Shown here one piece after another: positions 48,079-60,286 of a DNA stretch of 64,000 nucleotides. Position 1 is the stretch's first letter; each line of letters starts with the position of its first letter. The translations under genes were made by a program, and so were the position numbers. The DNA is from Lingula anatina (Eukaryota > Animalia > Brachiopoda), in assembly GCA_051362555.1 (NCBI GenBank), contig JBPQGU010000016.1:1240001-1304000 (forward strand), read 5' to 3'. The notes beneath the pieces were generated by a model. That model searched no databases. It was not told the origin of the DNA and saw only the letters and a program-made list of their open reading frames with translations.

Positions 48079-50136
48079 ATGTCTTTGTCCAAAATCCTAA
48101 CGGAAGATTACCTAACGTGCAGCATATGCCTTGAAAGGTTCAAAGACACCAAGGTCCTCGGCTGTACACATACGTTTTGCCAGCACTGCCTCCAAGACCG
48201 TTTAGACAGAAATTTCTGAGGTCAGCCTGGCTTCCTTTGTCCTCTCTGTAGACGTCAGTGTGACCTCCCTAGGGGCGGTGTAAATTGTTTGCAAACAAAT
48301 CAACTTCTGGTCAGCATATTACACACACTTGGACAAATAGATCAAGCTAAAGCTGCCAAGAAATGCGAGGTATGTTTCCTGAAAAACACCCACAATTCGC
48401 ACCCTGAGCTTCAGAGATAACTTGACACTAACCTCTTCACTATAGCCTATCTTCATCGTGTCAAGTTACCTCTGACCACATTCGATTGCCTCCGCCGCCC
48501 GCCAATCAAATTTAAAGCCCGCACTCAATGACTCATTGAACGATCTAGCCAATGAACGCGAACGAGTCAAAGCGCGCTTTGTTCAAATCCGGACCAATCA
48601 AAGATAAGCCTGAATATCAGGGACTTGCCGTAACCTGTGGGCAGCACGCAAAATACATCATCCCTCAGTAGATAATTATGCAGGGCATCAAACTGCTCTG
48701 GTTTCAATTCCGATATACTCCATGCTTTCTTTGTGTACGGTTATGCACTCGGAACTACTCGGATGTCTCCGCACTCGACAATGACTATGTTGTTAGTATG
48801 GAGCTTGCGGAATCAGCCGAGGATTGCCGATTGACGGTCAACCAATCAGCGTTTTCACCAAACTTTGGTGAAAAATTTTGAAACATGGATTCGATTGGCT
48901 TATATAAACTAGGTCAAACTATTTTCGTCAGAGGTAACTTGACACGATGAAGATAGGCTATAGTGAAGAGGTTAGTGTCAAGTTATCTCTGAAGCTCAGG
49001 GTGACAATTCGCCGACGGCAACGAAACGCTGTTTGGACTGCGAGGAAAGTATGTGTGGAGATTGTTCTTCGGAACATGTGCTTCATAAGTTAAATCGTGA
49101 CCACAAACTGTTTCCTGTCGACCAGTTTGACAGCGACGAATACGTGACAGAGCTGCGTGCCCGACAAAACATCCTTTGTGACCACAACAACAAGGACCCC
49201 GTAGAAATCTTCTGTCCAAGGAGTAAAAAGTTCATATGTGTCGGTTGTATGGTTTTAGACCACAAGGATCATGATTGCCTAAGAATCAATATTGCTGCCG
49301 ACAAACGCAAGGAAAAACTAAAACTCCACGTGAAACCCATCGAGAAGAAAAGTATACTCTGCGATCAGTTTAAAACCGCTGCTGAAGACAAGAAAGCTTC
49401 AGTAGAAAAGGGAAGAAAGAAGGCAAAGAATCAAGTTAACAAGCAGTTACAGCTAGTTATGAAGATGGTCCGTCAACGTGCTGATGATCTTCTGGAAGAA
49501 AAAGATGCCAAGTCGAACGCCATACTGGAAGTTTTAGATGGTTTAATTGCAACTGCTACCGCCACCCAAAACCAACTGGACGACGTTGTAGACCTCGCGA
49601 GAAAGCTCATAAACCACGGGAACGATACGGACCACGTGAGAATATTCTACAGTGAGTCGCCACATGCAGTAGCGGTCAACAGCCAGAGTCACTATGTAGT
49701 GGTCGGTGACCGTAGTCTGGCTGTGCACCACAAGGAGGGCGAGGTCCTGCAGACGACACCAGACCCAGCAGGGGGTAAATATTGTAAAAACGTCCACTGT
49801 AACGCGAATGATGACATCATCGTCACAGATCCAGGAAATGATAACATCCGTGTATACGATCCGACTCTCCAGCTTAAATACAGACATGGTACCAAGGGTG
49901 ATGGGGACGGACAGGTGAGCCTTCCAGGCGGCACGTGCTGCTTGGATAATGGAGACATAATTATTACGGAATTCGGCGACCAACGTCTGCACCTGATGTC
50001 ACCGGATGGAAAATTCAAGAAGTTTCTTGCAAACAAAAAAATTAGACTATTCAAGCCAGAAGATGTTGTAGTTAATTGTCTCGGACAACTGATAGTTGGG
50101 GAACAGACAGGCAAGATTAAAGTCTTCCAATTATGA
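48079..50136 (+). pseudogene. Intronless TRIM gene (RING, B-box1, B-box2, coiled coil, partial NHL; TRIM56/TRIM2-3-like), disrupted
   Basis: ATG 48079: LTCSICLERFKDTKVLGCTHTFCQHCL...CPLCR with an in-frame TGA at 48217-48219. MITE at 48400-49003 inside B-box1; removal restores the frame. The coiled coil joins directly to the last NHL repeats. Confidence 0.9.
48400..49003. mobile_element. MITE with perfect 77-bp TIRs (CACCCTGAGCTTCAGAG...) and 8-bp TSD ACAATTCG
   Basis: TIRs at 48400-48476 and 48927-49003; TSD at 48392-48399 and 49004-49011. Confidence 0.96.
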
Positions 50137-50639
50137 TAAATTATACCAAAGTTATCAATTGACTACGGACATATTACGTTTGTTAGTTTGTTTAAAAAAA
50201 TGCATATACAATAACTCAGCAGAACCCTTGAAGTTCTCATCTCTCTTGAATCATGAATGTTTACTTTCAATTAAGATTCCTCGCCACATTGGTTGTTTAT
50301 AAAAAGGAGAATTCTTAGCTGTGACTAAACAGTTACATCGCAGAATTTAAGTATATATTGTTATACTGCAAACATTTACTGTACATAGCGCCATTATAAT
50401 GGGAAATCCTGGTTTAAAAAATGATACTGTTCTATCACAGAATAGGAAATTACTGTGTGTATTTTCCTGGTTATACTGGAAAACCTTAACTGAAAAGAAA
50501 AATACGCACATAAAACCAATTACAAAGAAGATAACCAGTCATAAGATTCCCTAAAACATGTTATGCGTTTTAACTTATTAGTGGTAAGCAGTCGATTCAA
50601 TTGAGCGAATTTCAATAGCTAAACAACACTGAACAATCT

Positions 50640-51583
50640 TAATAAAGGAAGTGAGTAATAGTACCCTTCGAAGTCACGCTAATTCACATCATCGGCAAAA
50701 GAAGAGTGTGGACCATATTGTAGTAGTGCCCATACAGGTTGGTGGAAGGGAATCTTGTAAACCACCACGCGCAGTTCTCAGAATACGCGACGTTGTCCAG
50801 GTATGACAGGAATGGTAGTCCTGGGAATGGAAGTCCGGGGTCCCATACGATTAGTGCAGTTGGTGTTAGTCAGATTATTGAGGTTAGTATATGGGACGAA
50901 TGTCACCTGTACAAAGTAATGGGAAGCGGACTACAGTTCCTGTCGGTGTAACGTGACAGAGAGTCCCCCATAACAGGGAGTCCGCTTCCCATTCATTTGT
51001 ACAGGTAAGCTTCGCCCTAGATTTTGACCCACTTAGGTCAGACTAACCCTAACCATTATAACTATATGGAGGGCGGACTTTCTGTTACACAGACCCTCAG
51101 TTTTGTTACACGGCCGTTCCCGAGTAGTCTCCCAGTGTAAGCAGGTACTTCACAGTCCCATCGCTGATTTTGAAGAGGGAAAATTTGGAGTAGGCGTCGA
51201 CTCCTTTGCCGTCTCAAGATCTACTCTCGGAGTGTAGTCTTGTTGTGCGGGCAGACATTAGATGTAAAAGTTGCCTATAAAAATGAAAAAATAAATATAA
51301 AATACAGTACATAACTGATTTGCTGCATTTACTTGTGGTGACATGTACTAAGGAAAGTGTTAAGATAAGAGTGGGTCGGGATTGGGATTTGCCATTTCGT
51401 GTTCCTTACAATATCGTATTATACTATACCAGACCATATACCATGAAAATACTGCGCGCCATCTGTCGTCCTAAATATGTATTATCCCTTACCAAGCCAG
51501 TGCTCTCCACTGGAGTCCCCGAACCCTTCCTGTATGCCTGCCGGTCACAGTAGATACCAACGGCATCATCTTGAAAGGAACAC
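50640..51583 (-). pseudogene. Fibrinogen-related domain (FReD; ficolin/MFAP4/FREP-like) pseudogene, three exon relics
   Basis: 51493-51583: AYRKG-FGDSSGEHWLG followed by a GTAAG donor. 51111-51274: GN...RVDLE-DGKGVDAYSKFSLFKISDGTVKYLLTLGDYSGTAG. About 50640-50825: DNVAYSENCA-WWF...NLYGHYY-GPHSSFADDVN*RDFEGYYYSL. Confidence 0.88.
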
Positions 51584-51664
51584 CGGTGCAGAACAGAAAA
51601 AACAAGCGCCTTTAAATAATTTTACTGGTTAAGCCTATCTATGTTGCTATCTTAGAAAGGCTTT

Positions 51665-51710
<46 letters not shown>

Positions 51711-52240
51711 TACATCAATGTTAATTCCTGGTAAAAATAAAGAAATAAAGGTATCAATATCATTACGTCGAAATGATGATGCACGATTTTAGGACATATA
51801 GCTACTACATGTAAAGAGAAAATAGGCTGAATAGGGAATTTAAAAACTGTACGTTTTCAATCACAGTGCCCCAAAACGTGGCGTCTATTTGGGCGGGTGC
51901 GATTGTGGTAGATGCGACACAATTGTGACAATGCCAAAAAGAATATGTGATAAGAAACATCGACCGTGTAATAGAGACCGCCCTCAATTGGATTCGTACT
52001 GGCTTGGGTTGGGGTGACGTAGGTGGGTCAAAATCTAGCGGCTTACGTATAGAAAGCAATCGGAACCGGTTCCTGTATTATAGGGGATATCTCTATAGAT
52101 GGAATTAACTTTAAGACCGAAATCTTTATTGACCATGATTAATCAGAGTGTAGACCTCTTCAATGAATAATTCACTTGCTATAAAAAATTTGAGAAATAA
52201 TCCGCGTTGCTTGCTCATTGCACCCGCCCGCTTCAATGGA

Positions 52241-52311
<71 letters not shown>

Positions 52312-52529
52312 TGTACAGCCTAGCTGTTTATACATCAAAGCGGAGTGTTGCAATCAAGGTTTATTCAACTGAAGTTCAGGCCTACAGGCCAATATCATAT
52401 ATCACAATAACCATAATGAGCTGGCAAAATTATATTACAAACACTAACAAATTCACTTATCTGAAAAAAAAAAACATCTCTTAGTTAGTTAGAAAGCTAT
52501 ACGTAGTCCGCCGCTTTTTAAATAATATC

Positions 52530-52570
<41 letters not shown>

Positions 52571-53216
52571 TGACAGAGCAGTCACTATAGTTACATTGTG
52601 GAAATCTCAGGATTTATATACGGTGCCCACCTCAACTCTTTTTTATAAACTACACGACATTAAAATAACCAAGCAATCAAGGGGCAAGTAAAATAAATCT
52701 TTTACCTAGATTTTGGTAAACTTTTTCTTAGCCATTTTTCTGAAATTCTACACCAGTGGCAGTGTACTAGTCTATGTACATTTTTAAGCATGAATATATG
52801 TACGCACTTCAGCTACTTTCCCTAAGCCAGCTTTCATTAAGTCTGCCCTGAACGCAGCTCGCAATTCTTTGCGACCGCTTGCCCTTGAACTCGCTCTTAA
52901 GGAAAAACAAACTGACCTAGTCTACCAGACATAAATCAACGCGGCCCCCTGGGCCCCGCGCTGCATCAAATCTGTTTCATAATTATCCAATACTGATTGG
53001 CTTAACGGCTAATTTGCCTATTTGACTCCAATAACGCCGATCCGTAATGGATATGCTTCGGCAATTAATGAATGGCAAAAGAACCCATCGGCTTTTGCTC
53101 GAAAAAATAACTCCTAAAAATAGGTTACGTACGCGGTGCATGTTGGGTAAGGTATAGCAATAAACGGAGCCAACGCCTTGGTAGTTAGTTTTGCCGGCAC
53201 TGGCTAGTAGAAAAGG

Positions 53217-56200
53217 ATGGCTCGCCGTTGTTTGCTAGGATGTTTGGCAATTTTGCTTTACTGTGGAATTGCTATGTGTCTGCCTCCTATTCAGCAATTG
53301 CGCACGTGAGTATAAGATCTATTCTTTGTTGATAAGACAGTTACTGTGTGAGGAAAAAAGTTATTTTTAGCTGATTTTTATTTTTGGTGAATATACGTAC
53401 TGGCAGATCTATTACTTCGCTTGCAGAGAGGGTGGCAGCATGAAAACAATTTGCCAACCTTTGCTAAGCATATTTATGAAATAGTTGACGATTGAGGATA
53501 ATTTTAATACAGATATAATATTTAGGTCGCAGGAATGGCAAAATCACTTGGTTTTGTCTCGTTTTGATTGTTAAACTCTTTTGATATTTTTTTAATTCGG
53601 GGGGGGGGGGGGGGGGGGGTGAAGGGCAAGGAGGGGGAGAAGAAGACCTCATAAGGTAAGGGAGGGGTACGTGGTAATGGTTATGATACCGCCCGACCGC
53701 CATTGTCAATAATACATGTAAACCGCTACATTGGAACCATGCACTATCGAGCTGACATATAACCAAGATCGACTGCTGCAAGGGTACAGCTACATGCAGT
53801 ACATGCCCAAGTGAAATATTCCTCATAGGTGTGTTGTGCTGCGTATGACAGAAGTCCCGGCCACTTTCACGACTATGCTTGGTTGATTTTAGTGGCAGGT
53901 TTTACTGTGCGAAGCACCGTATGTTAGCGCCCCCCCCCCCCCCCCCCCCCTTACAGACCACACAAACAAGATACAGTCTCTTAAGAACCGTGTTGTAGTA
54001 GAGGTTCACCTGCATCCTCTCGGATCTCTCGGTAAAAAAACTGTTTAAATGCGGTCTTCATTCGAACACTTGCTTGTCGCTCTCAGTCAAAAACGTTTTC
54101 TACCTGCAATATACCCTAAGGTCGCATTCAGAACAACTTTATCCGCAGACTAACAGCTCCGCGGATCAAATATTGTTGACCCACTTGAACGCTTGCCGCA
54201 TAATCCCCTAACAGACACTGAATAGATTCCCCGCGGGGATTACTCGGCAAGCCTTCAAGTGGGTTGATCACCTTTGATCCGTGGAGCTGCTAGTCTGTGA
54301 ATGCAGCTTAAATTTATGCCTCTCTCTCTCTCTCTGCTAGGATTATACAAATTATCTTCCTAAATTTAACGTCTTACACAGGAGCGTTTTTATTGTCATT
54401 AGGTGACAGTGCGACCTCCATATATCCTTTGCGGCTTGGCAGGCTCCAGCGGGCTGTCACTTTGAGTTACTGCACGTACCGCTATCAGAACCACCGGTTG
54501 ATTTTTCATAAGATATTGACAGAAATGTCGGATGTGTCTCTGGCTTCTTCATGACGATTATTTTTTTCATGCTGTGTCCAAGGGGAATTTTTTCATAGAA
54601 TATGTCACCACTCAGTTGGCTTCTTGTATTGAGCGAATTGTAAAATAGGTCAATGTTTTTTCTCTTTTGTAAGAACTCATCTTGCCCATTTTCCCACTGA
54701 GTCCAACGAGTATATTTGTATGGAATATGCCATCGCTCAGTTGGCTTCTTGTAAAAGGTTCATTCTTAAACTGGTCAAAATGGTCAATCATCTTTTTTAA
54801 ACTCGTCCAGCCCATCTTCCAAGCATTCTGCCCTACTGTCGTTCAGTCAAGCAATGCATATTTCCATTTTTACTGCATGAATGGTAAAGACATAATATAC
54901 ATTAACTTTTTTTAGATTGCCATCTTATCAAAATTAAATCAGCATGAGAATGCACTTAACTGGGTACGAAATACATTTTAGGTCAGTACAACGTAGGATT
55001 TGAAGTATGGTGACTGAGTTAGGCGATGACTTGGGTCGGCAGGTGGCATAAGCTATTATGTACATGTACCGTGATAGAGGGTGATCATGATTTACTGCGA
55101 TTCATCCCCTCCCCCTCCCCCGAAAAAAAAGCATTGAGTTATAGTCTTAATCACTATAATATTAATGTGTTTTCCAGATTTCCCCTTCTTGTGCTCAATT
55201 TTAAATGGGCAATTTTGAAAAGATTAATGCGGAACACGCTCGCTGTCCCATTACCACAGTTATTCAGCTACAGTCAGTGAGAGAGAGAGAGAGAGTGTGT
55301 TGTATGTGTACCGTTATGATGAGCATCATGCACATTGTATCGACAACTCGGCCAGCAGAAGTGAAATATCATCTAATTATCTAACGCTGCTCAATGTTGT
55401 GCTTTTGGCATTTCTGGCAATTATCTTCACATCGTTTAATTTATTTTATCTTTTTTTATTTGTTTCCTTTTTTGCCATTGTTCGCAAAAGTATCACATAA
55501 ACCTATCATTTAGCTATTATGCTCGTGGACAGAATGTTACAACCTTTAAATGACTCGATAATATGATAACCATACCTCTCAAAAGACTAAGAGAGTGATT
55601 TACAAATGGGCAGAATTCAGGAAAAGGTAACATGCAAAAAAGCCTGTGCTATCAAAAGGCTCCAAGAGAATTATTTTTTAAATATTAAAAGTCTATAATT
55701 ACCGTCTATATCATTTACAACCTCTGGAGTTTTTTCCCCGATGACTAACACTTTCATACTTTCATACCCGGGGCATGGTTCTATCTTTAGGTCTAAGTAC
55801 GCTGTTTACGTTTTATCATCACCATCAAAATTAAGGTGTCTGTTTTTTTTAATATGGGGTCAATTACATGACTTAGTTCTAAAAAATGCTGTCTCATGGC
55901 ACTTCCAAATTGTTCTCTGAAAATATAAAATTTAACGGGTTTTATTTTTTCCTCTTTTTTTTCTTTGCTTCGTTTTTTTTTTTTTTTTTTTTTTTTTTTG
56001 CATCCAACCATATGACAATCCACAGTAATGTTTACGGAATTTCTTCCTATATTTTTGCATTTCTTTATTTTAATACATTTTTGTGACAGAAAAAAAAATA
56101 ACGTCGATTATTAAATGCAAGGCCATGTTTATTTTTTTCAGGAAGGTTCCGCGACAAACCATTAATGTCAACATCAGTCTTTGGGAGCACTACGAAGACG

Positions 56201-57606
56201 TCCTGAAGGAAATTGACGAACAGGAAAACGGACCTCTCCGGAAATTACTGAAGGAAGTCGTGGATAAGAACCCTGGCATCGCTCCCGCCGGAAGTCTATT
56301 CCAGCGACTGCACATACCCGAGAAGCTACCAGGAGGCAAAACCGGGTTCGAGTCCGATTTTGATTTTCTGGACCCCTCTGTGAAAGCTCTTGAGGCCCCC
56401 CATTCTGCAGTCAGATTGGTGAAGGTTCCCGGTTCCGACGTGTACGTCCATTTGTATGTGAACAACCAAAGGGTAACCCCCTTGCACAGACGTCTTAGCA
56501 TGGCTCGCTTCTACGACCCCCAGCGGTCTGGCGTCTCAGTGGACATTAAATACTGGGCGGCGCCTAATAATACAAAAGGCACGTGTCTTAATAATACCGT
56601 CACCATCCTGCTGCACGGGTTCGACCCCAAAACCAACAGGACACGTCCACCGATTCTGACCGCCCGGATGTACAAGGGGTATCAAAGTTTCAGCACCCCT
56701 CCGTACAAATCCTGTTTCGTTGATGAGGGCGGAGACAAGAAATGCTGCGACGGAAACGTCCCGGACTCCGAGGAAGGGTTCGCCAATGATTACAACCCAG
56801 GCTGGGTGGACACGAACGCCGTGGATGCCATTGGAGGGGCAATAGGGAAGTTCATCACGATGCGCCCAGACGCCGAGGTCGTCATGGACGTCGTCCTCGT
56901 GTACCGCACCTCGTGGCCCACGTGGTTCCGGCAGTGGGAGGAGCCGAACTGGCCCAGGATGTGGCCTCAAGGGGAGACTGTCGCTCTGCTGAAGAGCACC
57001 GGTGCTGAAGTGACCCGGAAGTCAAACGATGACGACAGATCGAGCCAGGAGACCTGGCGCCTCGTTTTCGTCCAGGCTGAGAACATTTTGATCAACACGT
57101 GGAACAAGGAACAACGCACGTTGATGATGTTCCTGAAGGCGTTGAGGCGCAAGTACTTCCAGCACGTCGAAGACGCCATTACGGGGTTTCATCTCAAGTT
57201 GCTCTCCTTCTGGGTCGTGGAGGAACTGGGGACAGATTGGAGGCTCGCGGACATGAACGCTGCTGTGTCAGAGGCACTGGCCAGCATTCAAGATGTCTGC
57301 AAGAATCGATTCCTGCCCAATTACTTCGTCCCGCAAGTCAATGAGCTGGATGGCGCATCTCCCGAGGGATTAGACGAAGTCTCTGACATCATAGACGATA
57401 TTCTTAAAGATCCCGATACATACTTCATAGAAAATCTATTCCGTAATGTTAGCGAAGCTGAGCACTCATCAGGGTTCAAGTACACTATGTTTTATGAGTC
57501 TAGCCATGCAAGCGGTGCTACATCAATTTATCACATATCTCTTTTACCTGTGCTGGGGTATTTATCTGTCTCTATCTCGTGTTTTGTTAAACGCGTCTGG
57601 GTTTAA
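53217..57606 (+). CDS. Mab-21/cGAS-like nucleotidyltransferase (cGLR family) with signal peptide and C-terminal hydrophobic anchor; exons 53217-53305 and 56142-57606 (517 aa)
   Basis: Exon 1 MARRCLLGCLAILLYCGIAMCLPP ends in phase 2 at AC|GTGAGT and matches the phase-2 acceptor TTTTTTTCAG|G. Motifs AGS..SDFDF..VMDVV, WRLVFVQAENIL, FHLKLLSFWVVE, LPNYFVPQVNEL. Confidence 0.88.
54120..54308. mobile_element. Palindromic Harbinger-type MITE with TAA TSD, in the cGLR intron
   Basis: GCATTCA...TGAATGC ends, long internal inverted repeat, TAA on both sides; related copy at 58104-58265. Confidence 0.75.
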
Positions 57607-58103
57607 TATTAGCTACCAGTAAGAGCCAACGCTGAGACGCGGATTAGAGAAATGCGATGCATCAGCAATTGAGTGCAGACGATACAACTCTTTTACAACT
57701 CTGCTAGTTGTATCTCAGTTAATTTTTTCTGCATTTTTTGGTTGAAATTATAAGAAAGTACATCAGCTTTTGACGTTTTTTTTTTCTTTTTTTTTTGCCC
57801 ACATTTTCTCTTCTTTCAATGTTTGCGCACTGTGACATTTGCTGGAAGCGTAATGAAAAACAAGGGTTCACTTTCCTGTAACCTTTGCAAAATAAGCTTA
57901 GCTAAAGACATTATTTTTAACCTCGAGGAACCTTTCTATCATCTTTAAAGCGTTGGGGTGGAACTTTGTTTTTTTACTACTACCGGTATATTTACCAATA
58001 GATTTTTTTTCTTTCGTTTAACATCAAGGTGAACAAATAATGAACTGCACCTGCCTAAGAGCAGCTACTAATATAATTACTTAATGCTTTGCTGAGCGAC
58101 TTT

Positions 58104-58265
58104 GGGCCCATTCAGAACAGAGAACTGATAGATCCGAGGATCAAATATGGCGACCCACTGAAAAGACACTGAATAGATACCCCGCGAGGATTACGCAACA
58201 AGCATTTAAGTGGGTCGGCCATATTTGATCCACGGATCTGTTCGTCCGCTTTTCCGAATGCACTC
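58104..58265. mobile_element. Second, more decayed copy of the 54120-54308 MITE
   Basis: Shares GGATCAAATAT..GACCCACT..AGACACTGAATAGAT..AAGTGGGT..TTTGATCC. Confidence 0.7.
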
Positions 58266-58998
58266 TATTACCTGTTATTTTCGTGCTCAGTCAAAACTCT
58301 ACGTGTATTTCTAAAAAAAAAAACTTAAGACTTTCTTCAACATAGTAGGCCTGTATAGAGATACATATACGTAGTGTGTATTTTTATAAATTTTATGATT
58401 CATGAATATGACTATATACCACAGTCCAGAGACGGTTGGATCTTCTAGGACAGGAACTGTTGATTTTAGACCAACTACATTTGACTTTGAATATTTATTT
58501 ACTGCTGTGAAACACCAACTGGGCGCCTTTGTGCCAGGCGCATTTTTAGACTAGGAAGCACTGAAAACATCCGTGTTTTTAGGCTATTTGTTGAGGTTCC
58601 GTTTGCCAAAATATGTTTGCATTGTATCAATTTTGTAGTGCCAATTTTTAAGCATTGTGGGTTAGCTGTTTAGTACCCGGATGATCTCATATGACGCCAA
58701 TATGACGTATTTTAATTCTGATTGGCCGATTACAATTATTCTACTAATAAACAGACCTACATGTATGACTTAAACTTGGCTCCCGTTATTTCTATTCTTG
58801 CTATTGTTTCATGTACTTATGATGAGCATAACAATTTCTATAAAAAGTAGATTAAATTTTTAAAAAATATTAGCCATGAAAGGTGAAAAATTGTAAATGT
58901 GATGCATATTGTGCAATGCATTTGTGAGAAAAATGACGCATCATTGTGACGTAACAGAACTCGAAGGCATCCGTCACCTCGTATGACGTAATCTTACG

Positions 58999-59718
58999 TT
59001 AGCTACCTGTAACGTCAAAACTAACAAAAAAGCAATCATGGCAACGTAAATACACAAGGCCAGCATACGTTGCCGCATCATAAAAAGAACGGTGAGTAAG
59101 AGTCATTTTGAGTCTTTTAACAATGATTTTATTGTCATAAACTGCTAACTCAAATGCTGAATTTTCATGTAATTTAGATTGTGTCAAAGCTGTGTCAAAA
59201 TTCTGGATAGGCGGTTTCAATGCAGGAATATATACAGTAGCTTGACTACTGTTTGGTGAAAACAAGCATTCTAATCGAATAAAAACATCTACTTTGGCTG
59301 TGCCAAAATTATCGCTTATGATAGAAACTGACTCGATAAAAAAGTCATCATTGATTGATGTAGGCAACAAATTTATAAGGTTATTGCCTTGAATACGTTC
59401 AGATAAAAACACGCCTTTCAAATAGCGGTCGAATATTACGACGCCGTATACTGGGACAAACTCGAAAAAAAAGTTCTTTGATTGAAGAGAAGCAATTTGA
59501 AAACTGAAGTAGGAATGTAGGATGCGCCACGCAGTATGTTGATTGATGAAGCAACCAGTTAATTGCCTCGTGCACATGCTAGTAGAATATCTACGTACAG
59601 TTATAGGCCGATATCGATCAGAACAAATGGGAATCATTCGCGGTAGCCAGCCTAAAACGAGGCAGAAATGATCCGTGAGATGCATTATGTTAGTTTTTAT
59701 TGGTACTCTGTACACCAC
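58999..59718 (-). other. 239-codon ORF of unknown identity, probably within a repeat or transposon relic
   Basis: Long stop-free frame in AT-rich DNA with no recognisable motif; 59296-59348 is duplicated at 59928-59980. Confidence 0.25.
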
Positions 59719-60286
59719 TCGCTAAAAGACAATTGCCTATTTCTGACCTTTCTGTCCTCAAATTTCCGAGAAATCTCGGCTGATTTTACCGTAAGTCATC
59801 ATCAGCCGTCATCTCAGCAAATAATATGCGTTCAGCCTGCCTAACATAGGCCTACTAGTACACCCGATACACGATCGAAAGACAGTACATGCATGTACCG
59901 GTACTTTTCTGAATGAACATGATCACGTGGCTGTGCCAAAATTATCGCTCATGATAGAAACTGACTCGATTAAAAAGTCAGTTTAGACTGAGTTTAGACA
60001 TAGACTCAGTTTAGTATTAGATCATTTAATTGTAAACTTTATCTTTAGAGTAACCTTAGCCATTCATTCCTTTGTTGTTACATGTACTACATGTATACTG
60101 AGATGTTTACTACAGCTAGCTTATCATTCATTCAACAAATGAAAAAAAAAAATTTTTTTTCATTAATTTAAAAAATGATACGATCGATGGTTTCCTGCAG
60201 GATGGCTTACTGTAAACAAGTTGTTTCATTTTCATTCCCATACCATTTCACCATTCTTTGTCTCTTTAAAAAGGCAGGTTCCACAT

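Noticed and set aside
50830-51110. Inverted repeat as a structured ncRNA
   Set aside because: Two opposed copies of a dispersed repeat (another near 51960-52075) interrupting the FReD pseudogene.
52126-52484. ORFs with YIYIYI runs
   Set aside because: Artefacts of the (TA)n microsatellite.
56083-56141. ORF-track N-terminus of the Mab-21 protein (MTEKKITS...)
   Set aside because: GTG start within a T-rich intron end; a strong acceptor at 56140-56141 and a phase-matched upstream exon explain it better.
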